This document shows, in pieces, positions 1 to 9,779 of a stretch of DNA of 59,732 nt; within the stretch, counting starts at the first letter, position 1, and each line of letters begins with the position of its first letter. Below the pieces are notes generated by a model. The model had not been told where the DNA came from and searched no databases. It worked only from the letters and a program-made list of their open reading frames with translations. A program made the position numbers and the translations under genes. Source of the DNA: an uncultured Acidimicrobiales bacterium (GTDB taxonomy: Bacteria > Actinomycetota > Acidimicrobiia > Acidimicrobiales > UBA10347); NCBI GenBank assembly GCA_943788915.1, contig CALSSD010000007.1, positions 186,001 through 245,732 on the forward strand, written 5' to 3'.

Positions 1-273
1 GCACTCCATCGCCGCCGGGTTACCGCTGACCCAACCGATCGGTTCCTGCAACGAATGCTTGGCCTCGAACTTGACCAGGCGTGTTACGAACAAGGCCGGT
101 CGTTCGTCGATGGTGTCGTCGAGCGCGGCGGACGTCCAGCACTCGCTCGGTTGTGGGAGTCGGCACGAGAACTACCCACACCAAACGAGATCGTCGCTCC
201 CGGCCTCTGGCTTGCCCGCATCGATCTCGGCGACCTCGACGAACCCTCGGCACCAGCAGACGAAGAGGAATAA
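1..273 (+). CDS. 3' part of a zinc-dependent metalloprotease-like (DUF2342-type) protein, 5'-truncated by the window edge
   Basis: Frame 1 is open from position 1 (ALHRRRVTADPTDRFLQRMLGLEL...). The C-terminus YEQGRSFVDGVVERGG...LWESARELPTPNEIVAPGLWLARI is typical of this actinobacterial family. Confidence 0.7.
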   Translation, partial: ALHRRRVTADPTDRFLQRMLGLELDQACYEQGRSFVDGVVERGGRPALARLWESARELPTPNEIVAPGLWLARIDLGDLDEPSAPADEEE

Positions 274-314
274 CCCCAGGTCACCAAAAGCCCAGGAACG
301 CAGACCCGGGCAAC

Positions 315-2000
315 TCAGACGGGGTTTGTTCCCATCGGCGGTGTGTGGTTTGGTTCGACCAGTGGAGGGAGCGGGTCGATTTCGTTAAGCCACGCTGGCG
401 GACCGAGCACATCATCGACAGCTGGCTCATCGTTGAAGACTGCAGCTGCCCAGTCAGGCGGTTCGACCCTACGGTCAGCGAAGGCTTCGGCATAAGGATC
501 CGCCGAACTCACCCCGTTTGTCGTGGGCGTCGACGCCCGTGGCGCTTCGTCAGACGTGACCGCTGCCATCTGTGTCGTTGGTGGCGGTTCGGGAACAGGA
601 ATCGGTGGCGCTGGTGGCGCTGTTGGTCCGCTCTCATCGGATTGGCGGGGCCGTGGGGTTCGACCCAATCGACCGCCTATCCGGGGGGCGCCGCCAAACG
701 ACAGGCCGCTACGAGCGCCCTGTTGCATGATGAACACGCCAATGCCAACGGCGGCTATGGCGATCACCAAGAACCCGGCACGGAGCGGAAACGAGACGAT
801 CACAGCAAGCAGCGACCCGACGACCCATGCGATCTGAAACTGGGTTTCGAAACGTCCGAACGCTGCACCGTGGTTGGCACCGGGAGCGTCGCGCTGCACA
901 AGTGAGTCGAAGGCAAGTTTGGCTGCCGACGCTGAGCCGCCAACAATGAGAGCTACCAGTGCGGCGCCACTGAGACCACCCGCCCATACGGCGGCCACTG
1001 CCGATACAGCCACTGCCACGACTGCGCCAACAAGCATTGTCTCTTCGCTAAAACGTCGGCGGAACCATGGTGCGATCACATTTCCCGCGAAGCCGCCGAA
1101 ACCCCAGAGGGCGAAGGGGATGGCTGCTTTGTACCACGGCAGGCCGGGATCGTCGAGAAGCTCGAACCCGAGCGCTGCCTTAACCGCAGCCCCTGCCGCT
1201 GTGCCGATACCGGATAGATCCGGGAGCTCGGACCGTACGAACTCGAACAGCAACAAGAAGAAGACGAAACCGACGATGCCCCGCAAGGTTGCCATCACGA
1301 ACGACGCCAGCCGAACGCCCGACGATCGGATATCTAGGTCGTCGTCGGTCGTTTCAGGATCGTCGACGACGACACGGGGCATCTTCATCGAGAACCCCAC
1401 ACCCACCAAGTACACGATGGCTGCCCACCACAAGGTGGGTGTCGACCCAAACAATTGGTAGAGACCAGCGGCTGGTATCACACCGATTACACCGGCAACC
1501 GCCGAAAGAATGGCCAGCCGAGAGTTCTTGTCGACGAGTTCGTCCTCGTCGTGAACGGTCGTGGGCACAGTCGCCGCCTTGGCGACCGAATAGGTCTTAC
1601 CCAGCACCAGCCAGATGAACGCAATCGGGAAGAACCATGCCGTATCAATATTGCGAATAAGGAGCACCATCAACGCAGCGCGGAGTAAAAGCGAGAGTGC
1701 AATCGTTGCCCGCCGACCACCACGTACCCGGTCGAGCGCTGGCCCGATCAGTGGCCCGACGAGAGCAAACGGCGCCATCGTCAGCACCAATGCCAACAGG
1801 ATTCTCGACCGCGCATCGTTGGGATCGATGGTGAGCAAGGTGCCCGCCAACGTGACGAAGACCGATGCCTCGCCGGCAGCGTGGAAGGCGTGCGTCCGGG
1901 CAAGGCGGACGAACGGCGTGACGGCAGCTGCTCTGAACGATGCTGGTCGAGACGAAGCTCCTGGTTCCGGTGGAGGACCCGTGGGGTTTGGGCGCGACAT
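315..2000 (-). CDS. MFS transporter with Pro-rich C-terminal tail
   Basis: About 12 hydrophobic segments; GPALDRVRGGRR loop resembling MFS motif A. Likely start ATG at 2000 (MSRPNPTG); the ORF track extends to 2204. Confidence 0.75.
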   Translation of the reverse strand: MSRPNPTGPPPEPGASSRPASFRAAAVTPFVRLARTHAFHAAGEASVFVTLAGTLLTIDPNDARSRILLALVLTMAPFALVGPLIGPALDRVRGGRRATIALSLLLRAALMVLLIRNIDTAWFFPIAFIWLVLGKTYSVAKAATVPTTVHDEDELVDKNSRLAILSAVAGVIGVIPAAGLYQLFGSTPTLWWAAIVYLVGVGFSMKMPRVVVDDPETTDDDLDIRSSGVRLASFVMATLRGIVGFVFFLLLFEFVRSELPDLSGIGTAAGAAVKAALGFELLDDPGLPWYKAAIPFALWGFGGFAGNVIAPWFRRRFSEETMLVGAVVAVAVSAVAAVWAGGLSGAALVALIVGGSASAAKLAFDSLVQRDAPGANHGAAFGRFETQFQIAWVVGSLLAVIVSFPLRAGFLVIAIAAVGIGVFIMQQGARSGLSFGGAPRIGGRLGRTPRPRQSDESGPTAPPAPPIPVPEPPPTTQMAAVTSDEAPRASTPTTNGVSSADPYAEAFADRRVEPPDWAAAVFNDEPAVDDVLGPPAWLNEIDPLPPLVEPNHTPPMGTNPV

Positions 2001-2280
2001 CCCAGGACGCGACAGCGGTTGCCAGCCCGACCCCATTCCCTGATCCTTCACCCTCACAAATCTAGTTCGCCGGCGCCGCGATAGCCGGGTGCCTTGTTCG
2101 GCCAGCAAAAGTCTCGCGCTCGCGCTCGATAGGTGGAAGCGGGCACGCTGATCGGCGGAGAGCGAAATCGGCTGAGGACCAACCCGTTTCAAGTCCCGCG
2201 ACAACCCGTGTGTTCATCTCGCACGAGCTCGGTCTCGTTGCACCAACTGTGGCTGCCCCAGAGGTGTCAGCGAATCGTGG

Positions 2281-3006
2281 TTAGTCGCTGAACTTGTAAC
2301 CGAGTCCCCGAATCGTCACGATCAGGACTGGTGTAGACGGGTCAACTTCTACCTTGTTGCGTAGTCGTTTGATATGGACATCGAGCGTCTTGGTATCGCC
2401 CACATAGTCATGACCCCAGACCTTGTCGATGAGCTGGTCCCGGGTCAACACTCGGCCAGCGTTGGTGGTCAGGGCCACCAGCAGGTCGAACTCCTTGAGC
2501 GGCATGTCGACCGGCATGCCCCGCACCACGACCTCGTGCCTGCCTGGATCGATGCGTACATCACCAACCTCGATCGGAGCGCTGAGTTCACCACTGCTGG
2601 CTCCAGGCTCAGACACTGTCTCATCGGCTGCAGAACGCCGCAGCACTGAGCGCATGCGGGCCACAAGCTCACGGAAGCGGTACGGCTTGGTCACATAGTC
2701 GTCGGCACCGACCTCGAGGCCGACGACCGCATCGATCTCTTCGCCCTTCGCCGAAACCATGATGATCGGCACGTCACTCTTTCTTCGGATTTCGCGGCAG
2801 ACGTCGATGCCGGAGATCCGAGGAAGCATGACGTCGAGTAGCACAATGTCTGGGTCGCCGGCATCGAATCGCGCCAACGCCTCGACACCGTCGCGGGCGA
2901 CATCGATGGCAAAACCTTCTCGGCCGAGGCCAATACGAAGCGCCTCAAGAAACGACTCTTCGTCTTCGACAACCAGGACCTTCGTTGGTTTTGGCGCAGA
3001 ATCCAT
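2281..3006 (-). CDS. regX3: OmpR/PhoB-family response regulator, RegX3/PhoP type
   Basis: VLVVEDE...LLDVMLP receiver domain; VGLEVGADDYVTKP; wHTH end DTKTLDVHIKRLR. Last gene of the pst/phoU cluster. Confidence 0.9.
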   Translation of the reverse strand: MDSAPKPTKVLVVEDEESFLEALRIGLGREGFAIDVARDGVEALARFDAGDPDIVLLDVMLPRISGIDVCREIRRKSDVPIIMVSAKGEEIDAVVGLEVGADDYVTKPYRFRELVARMRSVLRRSAADETVSEPGASSGELSAPIEVGDVRIDPGRHEVVVRGMPVDMPLKEFDLLVALTTNAGRVLTRDQLIDKVWGHDYVGDTKTLDVHIKRLRNKVEVDPSTPVLIVTIRGLGYKFSD

Positions 3007-4246
3007 TACCCGACCTCGCGTGCAGTCTGTGGTTCAGGACTCTGGCCGTGGCTCGGCACCGGCCGGGGGGAACGACTGGCAGGACCAGCGTGAAGGAGGA
3101 GCCATCACCTTCGAACGAGGCAACGCTGACGTGTCCCCTCCGTGGTTGAGCGCGACATGACGCACGATGGACAGACCGATGCCCGTCCCCCCGGTTGCTG
3201 CCTCGCGTGAGCGATCGCCCCGGTAGAAACGTTCGAAGATGCGGTCGAGATCGCGTGCTGGGATGCCTCGGCCGGTGTCCTGCACAACCAGGGCAACACC
3301 GTCGTCGTCGAGCCGGGCGCTGAACGCTGACCGAGTCACCTGGCGAGCTGTATTTCACCGCGTTCTCAACCAGGTTCACCAGCGCGGTGGCCAGCTGCGA
3401 TCGGTTACCTACCAGCGTGATCGGTTCGTCGGGAACGACCGCACCAATGGTGATGTCGCCCGACTGGGCCTGGACCCGGGTTCGTTCGACGGCCTCGTCG
3501 ATCAGATCTTGCACAACAACAATGTCGGTGTAGATCTCTGCGCTGGATTCGATACGGCTGAGCTCCAGCAGGTCGTCGATCGCCTCGGTCATACGGTCGG
3601 TCTCGATAAGCATGCGATCCGTGAGCTGGGTCCGAGTGTCAAGATCCTGTTCGTCGATCAACATTTCAGCGAGCAGGCTCACTGCACCCACAGGCGTCCG
3701 CAACTCATGGCTCAGGTTGGCGATGAAGTCCCGACGTGTCTTCTCGATCCGGTGGTGATCCGTGACATCGTCGATGACCGTGAGAGAACCAATGACCTGT
3801 GCGTCTGCGGTAATCGGAACGGCATGCACGAACAGGTTGCGCGGCGGCGGGCCAAACACGTTGATTTCGCGTTCTGCGCGACGGCCTTGCACTGCTTCTG
3901 CCAGCACCGCCACGGTGGTGGCATCGACCAGTGTTTTCTCGTGGGATCTAGTGGCAGCATCGACGGCCAAACGACTGCGCACCAGCACCTTTCCAGAACC
4001 ATCGGTCACGATCACGCCCGATGTCAGCGCATCGAGTGACAGCTTCAGCAGGTTTACTTCCGCCGCCGCGGCCGAGGTGTCGCGTTCCGCGTGAGAGAGG
4101 ATTCGCTGGTGTTCGTCGACCGGGTCAGATCCGTGTCGACCACCAATTGCTGTGTTGATTCTCGCCCGCACAATACGCGACACAACAAGCGTTGTTACCG
4201 CGCCGATCACAGCAGCGGTAACCGCGACTGCGAGGACGACGGTCAT
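3006..4246 (-). CDS. senX3: Sensor histidine kinase, SenX3/PhoR type (frameshifted in the HATPase domain as sequenced)
   Basis: N-terminal TM, H-box DFIANLSHELRTP, N-box NLVENAVKYS. The G1/F/G2 boxes (VQDTGRGIP...IFERFYRGD...GGTGIGLSIV) lie in another frame (ORF 3034..3339). 3' end uncertain; a TAA overlaps the regX3 ATG (TAATG). Confidence 0.8.
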
Positions 4247-4247
4247 G

Positions 4248-5054
4248 TCAGACCGCTTCCTCGGCGAATCGACGAATCAGATCGCTGCAGTCGATCGACG
4301 TGGTTCCAACAAGTGAACTCACCGCAGCAAACCCTGCCATCACCATTCCCGTGTCACTTTCAGGCTCGACTTGGTCGTCGGTCACCATGAAGCCCATCTT
4401 CAAGACGTTCTCGGTCTTTTCCTCGACGTAGGACCGATAGCGCGATATCTGCGAGACCGAGGCAGCAGCGATGCCAGCAAGTTCGGAAAGCCCGCAGCGA
4501 GGGACATTGATGTTCAGAATCTGGTGGCCGCTTGTCGGCAAAAGTTTCATTAGTTGCACCGCGACCTCGGCTGCGGTGTCGAAACGAAGTGGCGCGTCGA
4601 GATCGTCGAATTTGTGCTCGGCGCTCACCGCCACAGCTGGCACGCCGAATGCAGCCGCGGTGACTGCAGCAGACACCGTGCCGCTATGGCGGACCGCTCC
4701 ACCAGTATTGAGACCCCAGTTGATACCGGACGCGACGATGTCGGCTGGTTCACCAAAGGCGCCTCGCATAGCAAGGAGTGCGCACATAGCTGGTGGGGCT
4801 GCAACCGCGTATGCCTCGACTCCAGGCGCTTCGGCAAGGGTGCGTTGCTGATAGGCGATCTCGCGACTCGTGCCGCTAAAGCTGCTGGCGGCCCGACTGA
4901 TGATCGAGGTACCGGCGCCGCTGTAGTCGCTGTCGGGGGCGATCACGATGGGTTCGTATCCGTGGGCGACCAAAGTGGCAGTGAGAACCCGGAGCCCTTC
5001 GCCGTCGATGCCGTCGTCGTTCGTGACGAGCACTCGTGTCGCTTGTTTGGTCAT
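4248..5054 (-). CDS. surE: 5'/3'-nucleotidase SurE
   Basis: VLVTNDDG and SGINWGLNTG...HSGTVSAA signature motifs. Confidence 0.9.
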   Translation of the reverse strand: MTKQATRVLVTNDDGIDGEGLRVLTATLVAHGYEPIVIAPDSDYSGAGTSIISRAASSFSGTSREIAYQQRTLAEAPGVEAYAVAAPPAMCALLAMRGAFGEPADIVASGINWGLNTGGAVRHSGTVSAAVTAAAFGVPAVAVSAEHKFDDLDAPLRFDTAAEVAVQLMKLLPTSGHQILNINVPRCGLSELAGIAAASVSQISRYRSYVEEKTENVLKMGFMVTDDQVEPESDTGMVMAGFAAVSSLVGTTSIDCSDLIRRFAEEAV

Positions 5055-5062
5055 GGTCGTCG

Positions 5063-5833
5063 TTACTCGTCTTCCGGGTCGGTACCAGCGAGGTCGCTGG
5101 CACTTTCACTGACAGTACGTGCTCCGATTGCCCCGCCGGCGCTTCGGTTTCGTGCCCGCTCCGCGCCAGCGTGTTCGGGCGTCCAACCTTCGACGATGTA
5201 GCGGACCCATTCGCCAACGTTCACCGCATGATCACCAACCCGCTCGTAGAAGCGGCCCAAAAGTGCCATCTGAATGGATGTTTGCGGATCGTTGCCGTGG
5301 AGGCGGTGATCTTCGAGCACAGCAGTGATGAGTTCATTGGCGTAGTCGTCGAGACGATCGTCGATGTCATCGAGTGCGGCACCGAGCGCAACGTCGCGGC
5401 CGGCGTAAGCCTCGCCAGCAAGGCGGAACATGCGCTGTGCTTCTTCACTCATCTTGGTGATCAAGCCGCGAATTCGCGGGTCGTAGTCGGTGCCGAACAT
5501 ACGCCGAGTTGCCTTGGCAATGTTCACGACCAGGTCGCCGGATCGTTCTATCTCGGGGTTGAGGCGAATGGCGGCCACGATCTCGCGCAGGTCGGTCGCC
5601 ATCGGCTGTTGCAGCGCAAGCAGCTGGGTACACATGGTGTCGAGGTTGACCGACACCGCATCGAGCAGATCGTCGTCGTCGATGAGCCGTTGTGCTGCGT
5701 CGAGGTCGTTGTTCAAAAACGCGTCGGTCGCACGAGGAATCATCTCGGTGACCATGGCGCACATGCGCACAATTTCGTCGCGAACCTCGTCGAGGCTGGA
5801 GTGGAATGACCCACGGAGTGGAGCTTCAGTCAT
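5063..5833 (-). CDS. phoU: Phosphate signalling protein PhoU
   Basis: QQPMATDLR, IERSGDL and ERVGDHAVNVGEWV motifs; directly downstream of pstB. Confidence 0.95.
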   Translation of the reverse strand: MTEAPLRGSFHSSLDEVRDEIVRMCAMVTEMIPRATDAFLNNDLDAAQRLIDDDDLLDAVSVNLDTMCTQLLALQQPMATDLREIVAAIRLNPEIERSGDLVVNIAKATRRMFGTDYDPRIRGLITKMSEEAQRMFRLAGEAYAGRDVALGAALDDIDDRLDDYANELITAVLEDHRLHGNDPQTSIQMALLGRFYERVGDHAVNVGEWVRYIVEGWTPEHAGAERARNRSAGGAIGARTVSESASDLAGTDPEDE

Positions 5834-5842
5834 AGTGCGCCC

Positions 5843-6718
5843 CTAGCCGAATCGGCCGGTGATGTAGTTCTCGGTTCGCTCGTCGGCGGGGTTCGAGAAG
5901 ATGGTTGTTGTGGCGTCGTATTCCACGAGTACGCCGGTGCGCTGCTCGGTCTTTGGGTCGACCTCGGCAGTGAAGAATGCGGTGCGATCACTGACTCGAG
6001 CAGCCTGCTGCATGTTGTGGGTCACGATCATGATCGTGTAGTCGTGTTTGAGCTCAGCCATGAGGTCTTCGATACGAGCGGTAGCGATCGGGTCGAGGGC
6101 CGAACACGGTTCGTCCATGAGTAACACGTCGGGGCTCGACGCGATCGCCCGGGCGATACAGAGACGTTGTTGCTGGCCACCGGACATGCCGGTTGCCGAT
6201 GCGCTCAGCCGATCCTTCACCTCTTCCCACAGTGCTGCCCGCTGCAACGATGCTTCGACGATGTCGCTCAGCTCGCTCTTGTTCTTGATGCCTGCGATCC
6301 TGGGCCCATAGGCCACATTGTCGAAGATCGACTTTGGGAACGGATTCGGTTTCTGGAACACCATGCCGATGCGGCGGCGGACTTCGACTGCGTCGACCTT
6401 GGGGTCATACAGGTCTACGCCTCGGTAGCGCAGCAGACCTTCGACCCGAGCGGTTGGAATCAGGTCGTTCATCCGGTTAAACGACCGTAATACGGTGGAC
6501 TTGCCACAGCCAGATGGGCCGATGAGCGCGGTGATTTCCCCCTGACGGATGTCAAGGTTGACGTCTCGGACCGCTCGAAAGTCACCATAAAACACGCTGA
6601 GGTCAGTGGTCTGGAACACCACGTCTTCGGCTGATGCCGCTTCCGGCATCTGTGTCTGATCAGTACTACTCACGGTCACGCCCTTCGCGGGGACATCTGT
6701 CGAGGTCACGCTACTCAT
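5843..6718 (-). CDS. pstB: Phosphate ABC transporter ATP-binding subunit
   Basis: [39 protein letters not shown], ends YITGRFG. Confidence 0.97.
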   Translation of the reverse strand: MSSVTSTDVPAKGVTVSSTDQTQMPEAASAEDVVFQTTDLSVFYGDFRAVRDVNLDIRQGEITALIGPSGCGKSTVLRSFNRMNDLIPTARVEGLLRYRGVDLYDPKVDAVEVRRRIGMVFQKPNPFPKSIFDNVAYGPRIAGIKNKSELSDIVEASLQRAALWEEVKDRLSASATGMSGGQQQRLCIARAIASSPDVLLMDEPCSALDPIATARIEDLMAELKHDYTIMIVTHNMQQAARVSDRTAFFTAEVDPKTEQRTGVLVEYDATTTIFSNPADERTENYITGRFG

Positions 6719-6720
6719 TC

Positions 6721-8469
6721 TCAGGCTCGCTTCTTCTCAAAATAGTTACGCAACAACACCGCGACTGAATTCATCATGATCACAAACACCAACAGCATGA
6801 CGATTGCGGCACCTGCAGCCGGCGCGAATCCCTTGTCAACGCCTGCATTTCGGACCCAACCAACGATCACGATGGGCATTGCCGTAAACCGGTCGGCGAA
6901 CTGGCCGAAGAACTGATCGAAGCCGCCGAACATCGAGTCTCGGGGGGCCAACCGGCCGGTGATCGCTCCGACCAGAATGAGCGGCGCAGCTTCACCAACT
7001 GCCCGGGCCAAAGCCAGCAATGTGCCGGTCAGAATCCCAGGCGCAGCAAACGGCAGCACCTGGCTCTTGATGACTTCCCACTTGGTGGCGCCAACGCCAT
7101 AGGCACCTTCGCGCAGGCTTTGTGGCACAGCTCGAACAGCCTCGGCAGCGGTAATGATCACAATCGGCAATACAAGAATTGCCAACGTGACACCGCCGGC
7201 GAACAACGTGCTTTGTCCGACCTCGATGAGTTCTTCCTCGTTGAAGACCGACGACCACACCGAGTTGATTCGATCGATGAACCAGTGGGTAACCGCTGTT
7301 CCTTTGACGAACAGGAACAAGCCGAGCAGGCCGTAGACCACCGAGGGCACACCGGCCAGGTTGCGCACGATGATGTCGAGGATCGAGGTAAACCGGTTAC
7401 GTGGTGCGTATTCCTCGAGGTACACCGCAGCGGCGATACCGATAGGGAACGCCAAGACCACGACGAACACCGCGATCCAGAACGAGCCGAGAATTCCCTG
7501 GCTGATGCCGAGCTGGTCATCTTCGGAACGAGACCGAAGCGTGCCCGACCAGAAGTCGTTGAGACGTTCGCTGAGCACCGGCCACCCATCGCCGATCACC
7601 TGGGCAAGTAGCACGACCAGAATGATCACGCTCAGCGAAAGCGCCACGAACAGCGCCACCTGGAACAGGCTCAGGACACCCAAGTATTGGCAGGCTGCCA
7701 ACGCTGCTGCTACGACAGCCACAGCAGCAAGTAGCCCCCACGCCCAGCCGCCGGTAGCGAACTCTGGGTCGAGCATACGTTTCATGATGATGAGGCCTGC
7801 GCCCAGGCTTGCAAGCCCAAGCGCGACCTGCTCGAGTTCAAGTGTGGCCCGCGACAGTTCGACGTTGCTCAGTCCAACCAAGATCGCGATCGACAACACA
7901 ATGCCGATCAGATAGACCGCGCCGACCAGGTCGCCTCGAACAAGCTGTCGAATGAGCGCGATCGTTGCGAGCCCGGCAACCGCAAACCCGGCTCGTGTAG
8001 CTAGTGGCGACGACAGTTGTGGCGCCTTCTGGACCAGTCCGGTCATTGCCAGGACTAGGCCAACAAGTGGCACGGCGAGTAGGTAGACCCCGTTGTCGAG
8101 GTCGCCCTTCCACATCTGACGGAGCATCAGCACAAGCGCACCGACGACAAAAATCGTATACAGAAACAGGTCGGCGTTGACCCGGATTTCTTGTCGACCA
8201 CGGCCAATCAGCTGCTTGCCAACCAGCACAACGGCGCCAGCGAGGACCAGCAGCAGCGCAATCGGGGGCATAAAACCTGAGTACCAGGCGGTCGCGGTGC
8301 GAACGTCGGCGTACCAGGTCACGAACATAGCGACGACGGCGAGCAGTCCGCCTGCGGCAGCGAGTGATGTCCATACCATCGCTACCGATGTCGAGTCGGC
8401 ACCCCGACGTTTGATGGTTTCTTCGACGCGTGCGGTTATGTCGCCGCTTCCGAGTGTGGTTATCGCCAT
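6721..8469 (-). CDS. pstA: Phosphate ABC transporter permease PstA with long N-terminal multi-TM extension
   Basis: [55 protein letters not shown]. 582 aa, about twice the usual length. Confidence 0.92.
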   Translation of the reverse strand: MAITTLGSGDITARVEETIKRRGADSTSVAMVWTSLAAAGGLLAVVAMFVTWYADVRTATAWYSGFMPPIALLLVLAGAVVLVGKQLIGRGRQEIRVNADLFLYTIFVVGALVLMLRQMWKGDLDNGVYLLAVPLVGLVLAMTGLVQKAPQLSSPLATRAGFAVAGLATIALIRQLVRGDLVGAVYLIGIVLSIAILVGLSNVELSRATLELEQVALGLASLGAGLIIMKRMLDPEFATGGWAWGLLAAVAVVAAALAACQYLGVLSLFQVALFVALSLSVIILVVLLAQVIGDGWPVLSERLNDFWSGTLRSRSEDDQLGISQGILGSFWIAVFVVVLAFPIGIAAAVYLEEYAPRNRFTSILDIIVRNLAGVPSVVYGLLGLFLFVKGTAVTHWFIDRINSVWSSVFNEEELIEVGQSTLFAGGVTLAILVLPIVIITAAEAVRAVPQSLREGAYGVGATKWEVIKSQVLPFAAPGILTGTLLALARAVGEAAPLILVGAITGRLAPRDSMFGGFDQFFGQFADRFTAMPIVIVGWVRNAGVDKGFAPAAGAAIVMLLVFVIMMNSVAVLLRNYFEKKRA

Positions 8470-9680
8470 TAGTAACGCTCCCGCACTCGGGCCACAAATC
8501 GTCCGGCCAAAATGTTCAGCAGCAACGTGATTGCGAACAGCACCAGACCAACGAAGTACAGGCTCTGGAACGTGAGTCCTTCGCCGACAACACTGTCGGT
8601 GCCGGTTGCGAGCGAGGCCATACCGGCGGTCATGGTGAGACCTCCTTCGAATGGCGATGAGGTGAACGATGCTGCGTCGGCGGCGCCGCCGGCCATAAAT
8701 ACGACCATCGTCTCGCCGAGTGCTCGGGAGATGCCGATAATGAACGCGGCCACGATGCCCGACACTGCGGCCGGTAGGACGACCTGGCGGGTGGTGGTTG
8801 CTTTGCGTGCGCCGAGGCCAGCACTTGCTTCGCGGAGTTCTCGAGGAACCGATGCCAGTGCGTCTTCGGCAACCGATGCCACCAGAGGAATCGTCAAGAT
8901 GCCGACGCCGATCGCGGCTGCTGCGAGCTGGCCACTTCGTTTGACGGTGAAGGCATTCTCGGCCGGACAGGCAGCGATGTCACCAGCGACAGGTGAACAG
9001 TCTTGGGCGATGGAGTTGACCCACCAGAAGAGCACGAAGACGAGACCGATAAGCACGACCAGCGTGATCACTCGTTTGATGATCGTGGTGGCCTCGGCGC
9101 TTGAGTCACGCCACTGGCGCAACGCCCATACCCCGACACCAGCAGCCGCCATGAACGAAATCGTGTAGCCGATCCACAACCAGGCGCTGCGCCCGATCTT
9201 CTCGATCACCTGGGGGCTGATGAAGAACAGCGCGAAGAAGCCGAGTACTACCGATGGCACGCCCGCAAGGACCTCGAGCACCGGCTTCAAGATGCCGCGG
9301 GTGCGGCGGCTCGCATACTCGCTCAGATAGATCGCTGCACCTAGGCCAAGCGGGGCGGCAACCACCATGGCCACGAGAGTCACGATGATCGACGAAACCA
9401 ACAGCGTGGGCATGTCGTACAGACCACGGCGTGGGAACCAGCCGGTTTCGCCCCAGGTCACTGACCAATCGACTTGGGTGATGAACGTCCAGGCTTCGCG
9501 GAGCAAGCTGACGATGATCAGCACCGAAATCAGCACCGAAACCATCGCCGCAGCGAAGAACAGTGCACGGATGATGGCTTCCTTGCGCTGACGTCGTTGC
9601 GGACCGGCTAAGGCTTCGACCGACAGCGGTAGTGGAGCCCGCGCCGATGGGACCACATCGGCCACGGAGAAGTCTGTCAT
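8469..9680 (-). CDS. pstC: Phosphate ABC transporter permease PstC (with insertion)
   Basis: [40 protein letters not shown] overlap with pstA. Confidence 0.93.
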   Translation of the reverse strand: MTDFSVADVVPSARAPLPLSVEALAGPQRRQRKEAIIRALFFAAAMVSVLISVLIIVSLLREAWTFITQVDWSVTWGETGWFPRRGLYDMPTLLVSSIIVTLVAMVVAAPLGLGAAIYLSEYASRRTRGILKPVLEVLAGVPSVVLGFFALFFISPQVIEKIGRSAWLWIGYTISFMAAAGVGVWALRQWRDSSAEATTIIKRVITLVVLIGLVFVLFWWVNSIAQDCSPVAGDIAACPAENAFTVKRSGQLAAAAIGVGILTIPLVASVAEDALASVPRELREASAGLGARKATTTRQVVLPAAVSGIVAAFIIGISRALGETMVVFMAGGAADAASFTSSPFEGGLTMTAGMASLATGTDSVVGEGLTFQSLYFVGLVLFAITLLLNILAGRFVARVRERY

Positions 9681-9779
9681 TGCGTAAAACCTACTGGTGT
9701 ATCGAAAGCATGATGGTTGACCCGAATAGCGTTATGGGTCGCTGCATGAGCGCCATGAAAGTCGGACCCGACACGGTGT

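Noticed and set aside
2178..2202. GTTTCAAGTCCC resembling a tRNA T-arm
   Set aside because: No cloverleaf, matching T-stem or acceptor stem could be built.
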